From: Alphaproteobacteria bacterium | GTDB lineage: Bacteria > Pseudomonadota > Alphaproteobacteria > UBA828 | Direction: 5' to 3' | Assembly (NCBI GenBank): GCA_965220745.1 | Contig: CBDCQT010000011.1 | Location: 334,985-398,984, forward strand | Length of the DNA stretch: 64,000 bases | Shown: positions 8,971 to 17,843 of the stretch, piece by piece | Numbering within the stretch: the first letter of the stretch is position 1 | Layout: each line of letters starts with the position of its first letter | The notes under the pieces: generated by a model | What the model saw: only the letters and a program-made list of their open reading frames with translations | The model's database searches: none | Told to the model about the DNA's origin: nothing | Translations under genes and position numbers: made by a program

Positions 8971-10444
8971 GCAGGCGCCGCCCGAGGTGGGCCGGAGTCA
9001 ACGAGCGAAAAGCCTCTCTCGCAGCCTCGGCGCCGAGCGCGCCCCAAAGCGCGCCACCGAGCACGGCCCCTCCAAGCGCGCCCCATGGCTTCCGTTCCGC
9101 AAGCGGCTGCACAGCCCCGCGCCTGCCCTTGACACGGACCTTGAAGGATTCGGCCGGCGCGGGCACGGGGAACTGCGTGGTCTTCAGGTTGTAGGCGGCC
9201 CGGTCGAGGTCGAGGTCAACCTCGTGCAGGATGGTCGCCATGGTGACGGCGATCTGCACCTCGGCGAAGCCGTTGCCGAGGCAGCGATGGGGGCCGAGGC
9301 CGAAGGGCGCGTAGACGTAGGGCTGCTTGTGCTCCGCACGCTCCGGCGTGTAGCGGTCGATGTCGAAGCGCTCGGGTTCGGGGAAGTATTCCGGCAAGTA
9401 GTGGGGAACGGCGGTGGCGATGATCAACCGCTCGCCGGCGGGAATGCGATGGCCTGCGAACTCGAACGAGTTGGCGGCGGTGCGGATGAGCATCGGGGTC
9501 ACTGGATACATCCGCATGGTTTCCATGGCCGCGCGGTGCGTCGCGTCCATCTCGCGTAGCGCCTGCTCGGCCGGCATGTCGCCGTTGAGGAGGGCGTCGG
9601 CCTCCTCCCGCACCTTCGCCAGCACGTCCGGGTTGCGCAGCAGCGCATACAGCATGAAGGCGGTGGTGCCTGCCACCGTGTCCAGCGCCGCGACGAAGGG
9701 GCCCATCGCCGCGATCTTCAGGTCCGCCTCGGGAAAGAACTTCGGGTCGGCGTCGTGCAAGTCCAGCAGGTCGTCGATCAGGTCCGGCTCCGCACCGTGC
9801 CGCTCCCGCATGGCGCCGGTGTGGCACTCGATCACCTCGTGGTAGAGCTTGTCCACGCGTGCCGAGGCGCGGCGGAAGCGCGGCGACCAGCGCATATAGG
9901 TGCCGGGGACCAGGGTGGCCGAGAGCAGCCCGTGAACGTAGCGGACCAGGTCGTCGTTGTAGGGGCGGGGCGAAACGCCGGCCACCAGGGTGCCCACCTG
10001 GTCGGTGACGATCCGCTGCAGCGCCGGCACCGCGGGCATGGACCGCGAGAGCGGCCACGTCGCGATCTCCCGGCGAGCGATGTCGACCAGGCCGTCGATG
10101 TGCTCCACGGCGTACTCGCGGGAATAGCCCCGCCGTAACGTCCGGCGAAATGCCGCGTGCTCGGGCCCGTCGGAGCTCAGCGTCGACCGCGCTGCGCCGA
10201 ACCAGGCGTTGAAGCCGCTCCAGAACTCGAACGAGCGAACGTGCTTCGTGCCCTCGCGCGCGAGGAAGCGGTTGGCCTCCATCCCGGCCAGCACGGTGAA
10301 GCGACGGTTGAGCAGCCGCATACCGTAGACCGGCCCGAGTTCCAGGTAGCTGTCGGTCATGAAGGCGCGTATGTCGCGCGCCATGTCGAAGACGCTGCCA
10401 ACAACCGGCAGGCCGCGCGCGAACGGTATCGTCGAGGACGCCAT
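8960..10444 (-). CDS. cytochrome P450 with C-terminal hydrophobic Gly-rich tail
   Basis: Heme-binding loop FGLGPHRCLGNGFA and an ETMR (ExxR) motif. ATG at 10444 (MASSTIPFARGLPVVG). Confidence 0.9.
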   Translation of the reverse strand: MASSTIPFARGLPVVGSVFDMARDIRAFMTDSYLELGPVYGMRLLNRRFTVLAGMEANRFLAREGTKHVRSFEFWSGFNAWFGAARSTLSSDGPEHAAFRRTLRRGYSREYAVEHIDGLVDIARREIATWPLSRSMPAVPALQRIVTDQVGTLVAGVSPRPYNDDLVRYVHGLLSATLVPGTYMRWSPRFRRASARVDKLYHEVIECHTGAMRERHGAEPDLIDDLLDLHDADPKFFPEADLKIAAMGPFVAALDTVAGTTAFMLYALLRNPDVLAKVREEADALLNGDMPAEQALREMDATHRAAMETMRMYPVTPMLIRTAANSFEFAGHRIPAGERLIIATAVPHYLPEYFPEPERFDIDRYTPERAEHKQPYVYAPFGLGPHRCLGNGFAEVQIAVTMATILHEVDLDLDRAAYNLKTTQFPVPAPAESFKVRVKGRRGAVQPLAERKPWGALGGAVLGGALWGALGAEAAREAFRSLTPAHLGRRLLIR

Positions 10445-10715
10445 CTCCCAGCCCTCTGCGGTCGTGCCCCTGCCCCTTGTCCCGCGGGGCGGGCGGGCTA
10501 CAGGGTGCCGCCGCCTGCTCCTATCATGGGGTGGGTGACGACCGAATACCAGCACTTCCGCTATGTCGGAAGGCGCGCTCCGGTGTGCCGCCGGCGGGCG
10601 AACCGAGTGGCGCGAGAACTCGGGCTATTCTGGCTTGTCGCTGCCTCTGTCCAGACTGTTCGGGGGTGCTCCGCCCGTGCTATAGGCGCGCGCCGACTTC
10701 AGGGAGAGAAATACG

Positions 10716-11054
10716 ATGGACGTGACGGTCGAGCGGCAGGAGAGCGTGTTGGTCGCCCGCGTGAACGGGCGGATCGATCCCAAAGGCGCCGGGTCGCTGG
10801 AGACGACGATCACGGCGGCGCTCCAGAATGGCGACCATGCCATCATCCTGGACTTCGAGCAGCTCACCTATATTGGCAACGTCGGCGTTCGGGCGCTGCG
10901 GATCACCGCCAGGGTCCTGCGCGACCGAGACGTCCGCATGGCCGTCTGCGCACCGCAGGGTGTCGTCGCCGCGGTCTTCTCAGGCGGCGGCGTGGACAGG
11001 CTCATCGCGGTCTACCAGACCAGGGCCGCGGCGCTCGAGGCCCTCGACGACTGA
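10716..11054 (+). CDS. STAS-domain protein (anti-sigma-factor antagonist-like)
   Basis: 112 aa, SpoIIAA-like layout: VLVARVNGRID...IILDFEQLTYIGNVGVRAL...AVCAPQGVV. Confidence 0.8.
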   Translation: MDVTVERQESVLVARVNGRIDPKGAGSLETTITAALQNGDHAIILDFEQLTYIGNVGVRALRITARVLRDRDVRMAVCAPQGVVAAVFSGGGVDRLIAVYQTRAAALEALDD

Positions 11055-11279
11055 CAAGGGGCTGCGTTCTTCGCGGCCGTCCGCCACAGCGACGGGGAGG
11101 ATGGCCGCCGAATTGCAGACCCTCTGGTATGCCACTCGCGCATATGTGACTGCCCGCGGGGTTGGCACGCGCTATGATCGTTCGTATCGTTCCGCCCCGT
11201 CCGGTTGCAGGGACCGGGCGAGGACATGAGATTTCCCACGGGGGCCCAGAGCGGTGCCCGCCCTCCCAGGGGGTAGAGA

Positions 11280-11492
11280 GTGGACGCGGCACGTATCGTC
11301 ATCGAGGTCCTGCAGTACTACGGCTATGTCGGGCTCGCCGTCACGGCCGCGTTTCTGCTCTATGGCATCGAGCGGGTGGATGAGGGCGCGCGGCGCTCCT
11401 ACGCCTTCCGGCCGCTCCTGATCCCCGGCTGCATCGTGCTCTGGCCGCTGGTGATTTGCCGCTGGGTCGCGGCGGAACGGCAGCGCGGCTGA
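11280..11492 (+). CDS. small membrane protein (2 predicted TM helices)
   Basis: 70-aa ORF with hydrophobic segments YYGYVGLAVTAAFLLYGI and LLIPGCIVLWPLVIC. First gene of a tightly packed same-strand cluster. Confidence 0.45.
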   Translation: MDAARIVIEVLQYYGYVGLAVTAAFLLYGIERVDEGARRSYAFRPLLIPGCIVLWPLVICRWVAAERQRG

Positions 11493-11505
11493 GCGGGCTC
11501 TCGCC

Positions 11506-11685
11506 ATGCAGCGCCGCCACCGCACCACCCACGCCTACATGTGGAAGGTGCTTGCCATCTTTTTGCCCGCGATGCTGATCGCGGCGCTCGCCATTCGCCA
11601 GCACGGGCCGATGGAGAAATCCGCCGTCCAGATCGAAAAGCCCGCGGCCGAAACCGAAGCGCCCGCCGCCACGGCGGACGAGTAA
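11506..11685 (+). CDS. small membrane protein (59 aa, below ORF-track cutoff)
   Basis: Hand translation: MQRRHRTTHAYMWKVLAIFLPAMLIAALAIRQHGPMEKSAVQIEKPAAETEAPAATADE. One TM helix. Fills the gap between neighbours. Confidence 0.35.
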   Translation: MQRRHRTTHAYMWKVLAIFLPAMLIAALAIRQHGPMEKSAVQIEKPAAETEAPAATADE

Positions 11686-11700
11686 GGGGGCGGCTGAGCG

Positions 11701-12783
11701 ATGAGCGTGCGTTACGCGCCGGTCGGCTGGAACCGCAACAAGATCATCTACGACGTCGTGGTGCTCGCCGCCGCCGTCGCCTACATCCTGCTCTACATCA
11801 AGATCGCGCCGGGCTTCCAGGACGTCACCAAGCCGACCAGCGGGGCGATCCTGCGGGCGCAGGCCTTCGGTACCTGTGCCTTCCTGATGCTCACCTTCAT
11901 CCTCTGCATCGGGCCGCTCACACGCCTGGATGCGCGCTTCCTGCCGCTGCTCTACAACCGTCGCCACTTCGGCGTGATCACGTGCGCCATCGCGTTTACG
12001 CACGCCACCCACGTGGTCAGCATCTATTACTCGTTCAGCCCGCTGAACAAGTACGTCGCGGTGCTGGCGAGCAACACGAGCTACGACCGCTTCCTCGGCT
12101 TCCCGTTCGAGACCTTCGGCATCTTCGCGCTCTTCCTGTTGTTGGTGCTCGCGGCCACGAGCCACGACTTCTGGCTCAAGTTCCTGACACCGCCGATCTG
12201 GAAGGCGATCCACATCTCGGTCTACGTCGCCTATGCGGCGATCGTCTGCCATGTGGCGCTCGGCTCCCTGCAGTCGAAGCAGAGCCCGCTGCTCGCGGTC
12301 ATCGTGGGCTTGAGCGTGGTGGCGGTCACCGGCCTCCACCTTGTCGCCGGGCGTATCGAGCGGCAGAAGGACCGGAATACCGCCGAGGATGCGGCCGGGA
12401 GTACCGACGAGGCGCCCTGGGTCGTCGCCGGCGACGTGGAGTCGGTGCCCGACGGCCGCGGCATCGTCGTGCCGCTGGAGGACGGCGAACGCGTTGCGGT
12501 GTTCCGTTATGGTGACAAGCTCTCTGCGCTCGCGAATGTCTGCGCCCATCAGAACGGCCCGCTCGGCGAAGGGCGCATCATGGACGGTTGCGTGACCTGC
12601 CCGTGGCACGGTTTCCACTACCGGCCCGAGGACGGCTGCGCGCCGCCGCCCTTCACCGAGAAGGTCGCGACCTATCGGCTCAAGCTCGATGGCCGGCGGA
12701 TCCTGCTCGATCCCCGACCAAACGAGCCCGGCACCTATGTCGAGCCCGTGCGCGTCGCTCCCCCGAGCGTGACGGAGGCGTAA
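11701..12783 (+). CDS. ferric-reductase-like (MsrQ/YedZ-type, di-heme b) transmembrane domain fused to a C-terminal Rieske [2Fe-2S] domain
   Basis: Six hydrophobic helices with conserved His (RRHFGV..H..H; SHDFW..WKAIH..Y), then Rieske ligands CAHQNGPL ... CPWHGFHY. Confidence 0.8.
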   Translation: MSVRYAPVGWNRNKIIYDVVVLAAAVAYILLYIKIAPGFQDVTKPTSGAILRAQAFGTCAFLMLTFILCIGPLTRLDARFLPLLYNRRHFGVITCAIAFTHATHVVSIYYSFSPLNKYVAVLASNTSYDRFLGFPFETFGIFALFLLLVLAATSHDFWLKFLTPPIWKAIHISVYVAYAAIVCHVALGSLQSKQSPLLAVIVGLSVVAVTGLHLVAGRIERQKDRNTAEDAAGSTDEAPWVVAGDVESVPDGRGIVVPLEDGERVAVFRYGDKLSALANVCAHQNGPLGEGRIMDGCVTCPWHGFHYRPEDGCAPPPFTEKVATYRLKLDGRRILLDPRPNEPGTYVEPVRVAPPSVTEA

Positions 12784-12784
12784 G

Positions 12785-13573
12785 ATGGCAGGCAGGGCGC
12801 GTGATCCCGGTTTCTTCGTCGGCTACCTGAACAGCGTGCCGCGCCCGCTCGCGATCTTCCTGGTGGTCGGTGCTGCCGCGCTCGTCGGCGGCATGGCTGG
12901 GCTGGCCTTCGCGCTCGGCACCAACGTGAACGACCCCGGCGACGGCACGTTCGCCCGCAAGCTCGGCAAGCAGGAGATGACCGGGGTCCTGCTGGAGAAG
13001 CCCTATCCGATCCTGCGCGTCCGCCCGGACGCGAAAAATCCCGAAGCGCGCACGGTGATGCTCACCGTGCCCGGCAAGCGCAGTGTCAAGCGGCGCGGCC
13101 GCAAGCTCTTCGATCAGCTCGTCGACGTGAAGGGCTTCATGTTCCAGCGCGGCGACATCGACATGCTGCAGGTCCAGGGCAAGGGCGCGTTGAAGGCGGT
13201 GGAGGTCGCCGAAGGCGAGCCGCCACCCGAATTCACCCCGGCGCCCGCCGAATCCCTCGGCCGCTGGCGCCTCATCGGCGAGATCTGCGACAGCAAGTGC
13301 CATCTGGGCGCCATGCGGCCGGGCGACGGGCTCGCGCACAAGGCCTGCGCCAACCTTTGCATCTCCTCCGGCGCACCGCCGATCTTCGTCACGGCGGAGG
13401 AAGGCGCGGTCGAGGGCGAGACCTTCCTGCTGATGGCCGATCAGGACGGCGGGCCGCTCCCCGACCATTTCGGCGACTACGTGGCGATCCTCATTCAGCT
13501 CGAAGGCGAGGTCGAACGGCTCGACGATCTGCTGGTTTTCAAGGTCGATATCGACGCGGCCAAGGTGTTCTGA
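12785..13573 (+). CDS. membrane-anchored hypothetical protein with four-Cys motif
   Basis: N-terminal TM helix LAIFLVVGAAALVGGMAGLAFAL, later CDSKCHLGAMRPGDGLAHKACANLC. Start is 2 nt after the previous stop. Confidence 0.6.
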   Translation: MAGRARDPGFFVGYLNSVPRPLAIFLVVGAAALVGGMAGLAFALGTNVNDPGDGTFARKLGKQEMTGVLLEKPYPILRVRPDAKNPEARTVMLTVPGKRSVKRRGRKLFDQLVDVKGFMFQRGDIDMLQVQGKGALKAVEVAEGEPPPEFTPAPAESLGRWRLIGEICDSKCHLGAMRPGDGLAHKACANLCISSGAPPIFVTAEEGAVEGETFLLMADQDGGPLPDHFGDYVAILIQLEGEVERLDDLLVFKVDIDAAKVF

Positions 13574-13576
13574 GCG

Positions 13577-13828
13577 ATGAAGCGTGTCGCCTGGATCATA
13601 GCCGGCGCGATCGTGACCGCCGGCCTCGGCTACGCCTCCTACTGGGTCTATCTGGAGGTGCAGCAGCAGGTTCGCGGCACGCTCATTTCAGGCTTCGGCA
13701 TCTTCGTCGGCGTCATGGGTGCCTTCGCCATGCTCGGCGTGGCCCACATCGTCTTCACCTACGCCGAGCGCCTGCTGTGCAAGCGCAAGACGCCCCCGGC
13801 CGAAGACAAGACTCCAGAGGGCGCGTGA
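13577..13828 (+). CDS. small membrane protein (2 TM helices)
   Basis: 83 aa, VAWIIAGAIVTAGLGYASYWVY and ISGFGIFVGVMGAFAMLGVAHIVF. Start is 4 nt after the previous stop. Confidence 0.5.
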   Translation: MKRVAWIIAGAIVTAGLGYASYWVYLEVQQQVRGTLISGFGIFVGVMGAFAMLGVAHIVFTYAERLLCKRKTPPAEDKTPEGA

Positions 13829-13881
13829 CGATCGAATAGACGCGGCACGCGAGCCGTTCAGTGGCGGGAGGCAGGGTCCCC

Positions 13882-15492
13882 ATGAACAAGATCGCGATCA
13901 AGACGCTCGACGAGTTGGAAGACCGACAGCCGGCCTATGCGCTGGTCGGAGACATCGATCTTTGCTTGGTTCGCTACGACGACAATGTCTCGGTCTTCTA
14001 CGGCCGCTGCCTGCACCGGGGCGCGCTCATGGCCGACGGCTACGTCGACGGTGAGAACCTGATCTGCGGCGTCCACTATTGGGACTACCGCCTCGATACC
14101 GGCGTCAGCGAATACAACAACGAAGAAATCCTGCCCAAGTTCGCCTCGTGGATCGAAGACGGCCAGGTCCTGGTCGATGCGGACGAGATCGGCGCCTGGG
14201 AGGAGGACCACCCGCAGCCCTTCAAGCGGGACGAGTACCTCGGCCTCTACGCCGACACCCACCCCGCAGCCGAGGAGCCCCACGTCGGGCTGATCCAGGG
14301 CTACGCCAGGGACGGCCTCAGCAAGACCGGCCATCACGGCGTCGTGGTGGCCATGGGCGTGCCGCGCCAGGACCTGCCGAGCTGGGACGACATTCAATTC
14401 ATCACGGCGCAACTCCACCGCATGCCGCACCTGGATGACGAGCCGGTCGGCACCGAGGTGGTGATCGGGCCCAACGCCCAAAAACCGCTCACCCTCGAGA
14501 TTCCGCTCCTCGTCTCGGACATGAGTTTCGGGGCGCTGTCGGAGCCAGCCAAGGTCTCACTCGCGCGCGGCGCCGAGCTTTCCGGCACCGGCATCTGCTC
14601 GGGCGAGGGCGGCATGCTGCCGGAGGAGCAGCAGGCCTGTAGCCGTTACTTCTACGAGTATGCCTCGGGCCGCTTCGGTTTTTCGTGGGACAAGCTTGAG
14701 AACGTGCAGGCCTTCCACTTCAAGGGCGGCCAGGGCGCCAAGACCGGCACCGGCGGTCACCTGCCGGGAAACAAGGTGAGGGGCAAGATCGCCGAGGTGC
14801 GGGGGCTGCCGGAAGGCTCGCCGGCGGTCTCGCCGCCGCGCTTCCCCGACTGGACCGACTGGCGCCAGGTGAGGGATTTCGCCGACGAGGTGCGGAGTCA
14901 CACCGGCGGCATCCCGATCGGCTACAAGCTCTCGGCCCAGCACATCGAAAAGGACATCGACGCCGCGCTTGAGGTGGGGGTCGATTACATCATCCTGGAC
15001 GGCCGGGGCGGCGGCACGGGCGCTGCGCCGCTCATCTTCCGCGACAACATCTCGGTGCCGACCATCCCGGCGCTCGCACGGGCGCGCCGCCATCTCGACG
15101 CATCGGAGCGCGAGGACGTGACGCTGGTGATCACGGGCGGCCTGCGCAAGCCCGCCGATTTCGCCAAGGCGCTGGCGCTGGGCGCGGATGCGGTCGCGGT
15201 CTCCAACGCCGCGATCCAGGCGATCGGCTGCCTCGGCATGCGCGCCTGCCACACCAACAACTGCCCGGTCGGTATCGCGACCCAGAAGCCGAGTCTGACC
15301 GCGCGGATCGAGGTCGAGAAGTCGGCGCGGCGCCTTGCCAACTTCTTCGAGGCGAGCGTCGAGCTGATGAAGATCATGGCGCGTGCCTGTGGGCATTCGC
15401 ACCTGAACCAGCTCGCGCTCGACGATCTCGAGACCTGGAAAGAGGATATGGCGCGGCTGTCGGGCGTCGCCTACGGCGGCGTCGGCGGCTGA
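13882..15492 (+). CDS. Rieske [2Fe-2S] domain fused to a glutamate-synthase-like FMN/[3Fe-4S] domain
   Basis: N-terminal CLHRGALM ... CGVHYWDY Rieske ligands. GltB-type core FKGGQGAKTGTGGHLPG, ILDGRGGGTGAAP and the cluster motif CLGMRACHTNNCPVGIATQ. ATG at 13882 after GGAGG. Confidence 0.85.
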   Translation: MNKIAIKTLDELEDRQPAYALVGDIDLCLVRYDDNVSVFYGRCLHRGALMADGYVDGENLICGVHYWDYRLDTGVSEYNNEEILPKFASWIEDGQVLVDADEIGAWEEDHPQPFKRDEYLGLYADTHPAAEEPHVGLIQGYARDGLSKTGHHGVVVAMGVPRQDLPSWDDIQFITAQLHRMPHLDDEPVGTEVVIGPNAQKPLTLEIPLLVSDMSFGALSEPAKVSLARGAELSGTGICSGEGGMLPEEQQACSRYFYEYASGRFGFSWDKLENVQAFHFKGGQGAKTGTGGHLPGNKVRGKIAEVRGLPEGSPAVSPPRFPDWTDWRQVRDFADEVRSHTGGIPIGYKLSAQHIEKDIDAALEVGVDYIILDGRGGGTGAAPLIFRDNISVPTIPALARARRHLDASEREDVTLVITGGLRKPADFAKALALGADAVAVSNAAIQAIGCLGMRACHTNNCPVGIATQKPSLTARIEVEKSARRLANFFEASVELMKIMARACGHSHLNQLALDDLETWKEDMARLSGVAYGGVGG

Positions 15493-15645
15493 GAGCGCGT
15501 CCGTCTTTGACGAACGCGCGACAGGCCGCGACCGCGGCCCGCCGCTTAAGCGGCGCCCTCACGGAGGCGCCGGCCGTAGGCCGGCTGCCGTGAGCGATAA
15601 AGTGCGAGGGCGTTTCCGTGCGAAACGGGAACGCTTTAGCGAGCG
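15493..15645 (+). repeat. stacked-hairpin intergenic repeat, copy A
   Basis: Shares long identical blocks (GCGACAGGCCGCGACYGCGGCCCGCCGC, GGAGGCGCCGGCC, GGCCGGCTGCCGTGAGCGA) with 19794-19961 and, inverted, 62346-62487. Fills the convergent gap exactly. Confidence 0.85.
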
Positions 15646-16704
15646 CTAGAGGCTTTTCGCAAACTCTTTGTTTGCAGCCGGTATCTCGGGAACGGTCCCC
15701 AGGTAGGCGTGGCGGGACATGTCCGGCGAGTGCTTGCTCGCCGGCGGCTGGCGGCCGAGCGCTTCCGCCATGCTGCGGATGTGGTGGGGGGCCGCGCCGC
15801 AGCAGACCCCGAGGTAGCCGACGCCGAGCGCCTGCGCCTCTCTGGTGAACTCCGCGATCTCGTAGCGGTTGCAGGCGAGGTTATCGAGCCCGGTGGGGAA
15901 GGCGCGTCCCTCGGGCAGGCAGGCGCAGCCAGGATCGCTGAGGGAGAGGAAGGTCGGCTCGTCCTCGGTGGTGCGATAGGCCACCGGCAGCGCGGAGACG
16001 TGGCAGCTCACCGCTTCGTGGATCGGGCCCAGCAACGGCAGCATGGTCGCGGGGCCGCGCACGCAGTTGAGGCCGACCACGTCGGCGCCCGCGTCCTCCA
16101 GGCGCTTGCAGGCTTCGGCCGGGGTCAGTCCCTCGCGGGTGTGCGGGTCGCGGAAGATGGCGAGGTTGATCACCGCCGGCAGCCCGGTCTCCTTGATCGC
16201 TTCGAGCGCGAGCAGGGCCTCGCCCACGTGGCTGATGGTCTCGGCGACGAAGAAGTCCACGCCCTCATCGACGGCCCAGCCCACCTGCTCATCGAACATG
16301 GCGCGCACAGTCCGCGCGGACTCGGGATCGCCTTCGACGAAGATGTTGGAATTGCTGACGTTGCCGGCGACCAGGGCATTGCCTTCCTCCGCGACCGCCC
16401 GCGCAAGGCGGACCGCGGTGCGGTTCATTGGCTCAAGCTGGTCCTCCTTGCCGATCAGCCTGAGCTTCTCGCGATGGGCGTAATAGGTGAAGGCCAGCAT
16501 GACGTCCGAGCCCGCGTGCAGGAATTCGCGATGCAGCTGGATTACGGCGTCAGGATGTTCCAGCACTGCTTCGGGCACGTAGGCGCCGGCGGTGAGATAG
16601 CCGCGGCGCTCGATCTCGAACAGATAGCCCTCGGCGCAAATGACGGGTCCTGCCGCCAGCCATTCGAGCAGACCCGATCCGATAGGCGGAGCAGCGCGGG
16701 TCAT
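15646..16704 (-). CDS. betaine-homocysteine S-methyltransferase family protein (paralog 1)
   Basis: 352 aa from ATG at 16704 (MTRAAPPIG). Pfam S-methyl_trans-like features, with Zn ligands in VGLNCVRG and GVCCGAAPHHI. Confidence 0.85.
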   Translation of the reverse strand: MTRAAPPIGSGLLEWLAAGPVICAEGYLFEIERRGYLTAGAYVPEAVLEHPDAVIQLHREFLHAGSDVMLAFTYYAHREKLRLIGKEDQLEPMNRTAVRLARAVAEEGNALVAGNVSNSNIFVEGDPESARTVRAMFDEQVGWAVDEGVDFFVAETISHVGEALLALEAIKETGLPAVINLAIFRDPHTREGLTPAEACKRLEDAGADVVGLNCVRGPATMLPLLGPIHEAVSCHVSALPVAYRTTEDEPTFLSLSDPGCACLPEGRAFPTGLDNLACNRYEIAEFTREAQALGVGYLGVCCGAAPHHIRSMAEALGRQPPASKHSPDMSRHAYLGTVPEIPAANKEFAKSL

Positions 16705-16763
16705 TGAGGTGATCTCCTTGTTCGCGAAGGCCGCGGCCGGGGGCCGCGCGCGGGTGACAAGTG

Positions 16764-17822
16764 CTACAGGTTCTTCGCAAAATCCTTGTACACAGACGGG
16801 ACCTTGTCCGAGGTGCCGTAGAAGGCGTGCGTGGACATGTCGGGCGAATACTTGCTCCCCGGCGGGCGGCGGCCGAGCGCCTCCGCCATGCTGCGGATGT
16901 GGTGGGGGGACGTGCCGCAGCAAACGCCGAGATAGTTGACGCCGAGCGCCTGCGCCTTCTTGGTGAACTCCTCGATCTCGTAGCGGTTGACGGTGAAAGG
17001 ATCGAGCGCGGTGGGAAAAGGCTTCTCCCGCGGCAGGCAGGCGCAATCGGGATCCTCCAGGGACTGGAAGGTGGGCTGGTCGGCGGTGGTGCGGTAGGCC
17101 ACCGGCAGCGCCGCCACGTGACAACTGACGGCCTCGCAAATGGGGCCGAGCAGCGGCAGCATGGAGGCCGGACCGCGCGCGCAGTTGAGCCCGACCACGT
17201 CGGCGCCCGCGTCTTCCAGGCGCTTTGCCGCTTCGGCCAAGCTCAATCCGTCCCGTGTGTGCGGGTCGCGGTGGACCGCGAGGTTGATTACCGCCGTCTG
17301 GTCGGCCGCCTTGATCGCTTCGAGCGCGAGCAGGGCCTCGCCGACGAAGGAGATGGTCTCGGCGACGATATAGTCCACACCCTCGTCGACGGCCCATTCC
17401 ACCTGCTCGTCGAACATCGCGCGCACCTCGCGTGCGGACTCGGCGTCGCCCTCAACATAGATGTTGGAGTTGGACACATTGCCGGCGACCAGCGCGTCGC
17501 TCCCGGCCGCGGCCTCGCGCGCGAGGCGCAGCGCGGTGCGGTTCAGCTCCTCGAGCGCGTCCTCCTTACCGATCACACGGAGCTTCTCGCGGTGGGCGTA
17601 GTAGGTGAAGGCGAGCATGACGTCGGAGCCCGCGTACAGGAAGTCGCGGTGCAATTGGGCTACGACCTCCGGGTGATCCAGCACCGCTTCCGGCACGTAG
17701 GCCCCGGCGGAGAGATAGCCGCGGCGCTCGATTTCGAACAGATAGCCTTCGGCGCAGATGACGGGCCCTGCCGCCAGCCGCTCAAGTAGGTCCGCTCCGC
17801 TCGATACTGCGGCGTCAGTCAT
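16764..17822 (-). CDS. betaine-homocysteine S-methyltransferase family protein (paralog 2)
   Basis: 352 aa, ungapped alignment to paralog 1 with about 80 differences. VGLNCARG and GVCCGTSPHHI. Confidence 0.85.
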   Translation of the reverse strand: MTDAAVSSGADLLERLAAGPVICAEGYLFEIERRGYLSAGAYVPEAVLDHPEVVAQLHRDFLYAGSDVMLAFTYYAHREKLRVIGKEDALEELNRTALRLAREAAAGSDALVAGNVSNSNIYVEGDAESAREVRAMFDEQVEWAVDEGVDYIVAETISFVGEALLALEAIKAADQTAVINLAVHRDPHTRDGLSLAEAAKRLEDAGADVVGLNCARGPASMLPLLGPICEAVSCHVAALPVAYRTTADQPTFQSLEDPDCACLPREKPFPTALDPFTVNRYEIEEFTKKAQALGVNYLGVCCGTSPHHIRSMAEALGRRPPGSKYSPDMSTHAFYGTSDKVPSVYKDFAKNL

Positions 17823-17843
17823 GGATAGCGCTCCTCATTGGTA

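Noticed and set aside
11163-11177. Sigma-54-like promoter TGGCAC-N5-ATGA upstream of the redox operon
   Set aside because: The -24 element is good, but the -12 element lacks the conserved GC (TTGC expected), and no enhancer-binding protein gene is nearby. This is not enough to call.
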